Both the position numbers and the translations under genes were made by a program. Of a stretch of 64,000 bases of DNA, positions 62,664 to 64,000 are shown piece after piece. The notes under the pieces were generated by a model, which saw only the letters and a list, made by a program, of their open reading frames with translations, had not been told where the DNA came from and did not search any database. The stretch is from Podarcis pityusensis (taxonomy: Eukaryota): assembly GCA_964106645.2 (NCBI GenBank), contig OZ067038.1; one strand, 5' to 3'. Within the stretch, counting starts at the first letter, position 1. Every line of letters begins with the position of its first letter.

Positions 62664-63850
62664 GCACCCCCTCAGCTTGGTACCCTGTGGAGGGAGACAG
62701 CCAGCAGTGTCGTAAATTTGGCTTTGTTGCCAGCCATAATATAAAACACTCCAATACAAGAAAGAGGCAACTTATTAAAGGGGAGGGATTTGCATATCGC
62801 AGGAGCTATGTAATGAAGAATGGGAATAGCATCTCTGCTTTTTGACCAAATATTACCACTATTGGGTGAATGGATCTTGCCTGTTGTTCCACTTGCAAGC
62901 CCAGTTCCAAGGGCTGCCACCAGGTGTGCTTCCAGGCTTTTGCTATTTTGGGGTAGGATGCAATTACATATTGGCAAATTTAGGTTTTGCTTTAAATCTT
63001 GATTTGGCACTCTTGTGCAACAAACCCATTTCATCTGAAAATGTAACATTTTGAGATGAGGAAAAATGACAGGAAAATGTTCTGGAAAGTATGGGATAAT
63101 ATTTGTTTGATGCAACTGCATATAACCTTCCCACAAACAAATCAATAATTGATTATTGCTCATCAATTAGCCAAAGTTATCTGACCTCTCTGCAAACTTT
63201 GTGCAAAGAAATCAGGATGAATGCTCAATAAAGGCATTGTCTGAAACCTAGCAGGATTTGATCAGCAGACAGGACTTTGCATATGAATGAAGGCACAAAA
63301 AAATGTTTAAGAATTTCAAAACTAAGATAACCAATTAGTCCTAGGGAGCACAGCAACTGGAGGATCAGAACCCCTAGAACAGCATGGGGGGGATCATTCC
63401 ACCTGGCAAGTTGTTAATACTTGCACTGATGGGACATTCACCATAGTATGACATTGAATTCCACCGTATGTCTTTATTGTTATGGATAAACACCAAAGGT
63501 ATGAGAATTATCACCAGGTCCATAAAGAAGAAAGTAGCAACTGGAAGCACAAACTACTACAGTATTCCATGAAGCCAATTTTTGATAATGCCTAGGCACT
63601 GTGCATCAATTATGCAGGTCTCTATTACAGAAAGCTTAAAGATATGTGTATGCTTTTGCATTGTCAGCATGATGCGCAATTAATTCAATTGCAGTTAATC
63701 CACATACAATGGGAAATAATGATCCTAACTTGGAATTCAGATATACTTCATTTCCACTTTTGCAGATAAAGATCCTGAAAACATATGATGCCACAACTCT
63801 TCTTCATTAGGGATTTCTAAGCAGAAGCTGAATGTGCACCTAATAGGGAA
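62400..63850 (-). pseudogene. Degenerate non-LTR retrotransposon (RTE-X-like) RT and C-terminal relic
   Basis: Colinear minus-strand remnants VVASYVFRIFI (cf. CVLAPxLFNLYI), HHADNA (cf. LYADD), FMEYC, FSYL(G)VY, PGSTP..ALELGL (cf. PxSTPxAALRLELG). Confidence 0.5.
62625..62663. repeat. (TAT)13 microsatellite
   Basis: Perfect trinucleotide run. Confidence 0.95.
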
Positions 63851-64000
63851 TTTGTGACAGGGCCTGATTTAAAAGTGATGCCAGGTAAGCATGATGAACC
63901 CAACAAGTGACATTTCTTTCAGACAGATTAACATTTAAACCTGATCCTCAGGTGTGCCTTGTTAGCATACCAGCACAGTGTCTACCTGGGTGACAGATGC

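Overview
Vertebrate nuclear DNA from a squamate, most likely a lacertid lizard (Podarcis/Lacerta/Zootoca-like). The assignment rests on four Sauria SINE copies with (ACCTTT)n tails, Squam2/Squam3-type SINEs and lacertid-type L2 3' ends. I can identify no host protein-coding exon, so the window reads as a large intron or an intergenic region: AT-rich, CpG-depleted background densely filled with transposable elements (L2 of several ages including a very young 5'-truncated copy with an intact RT ORF at 15439-17298, CR1, L1, RTE/RTE-X relics, Gypsy-type and ERV-type LTRs, many hAT and Tigger MITEs). The most striking structure is a 1375-bp composite hAT transposon (58032-59406) with perfect 17-bp TIRs and an 8-bp TSD. 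It carries an apparently captured host CpG-island first exon with its splice donor, an L1 3' end, and a complete internal MITE (Pack-hAT-like transduplication). Other notable items: a Gypsy-type LTR whose U3 appears to carry a codon-conserved reading frame, a Sauria SINE with a 44-bp flanking duplication, a non-BovB RTE relic, an ERV 3' LTR with its polypurine tract, and a CpG-retaining MEF2/TATA/E-box patch near 29 kb. All family names come from motif recognition by eye; no database search was run, and boundaries of degraded elements are approximate.
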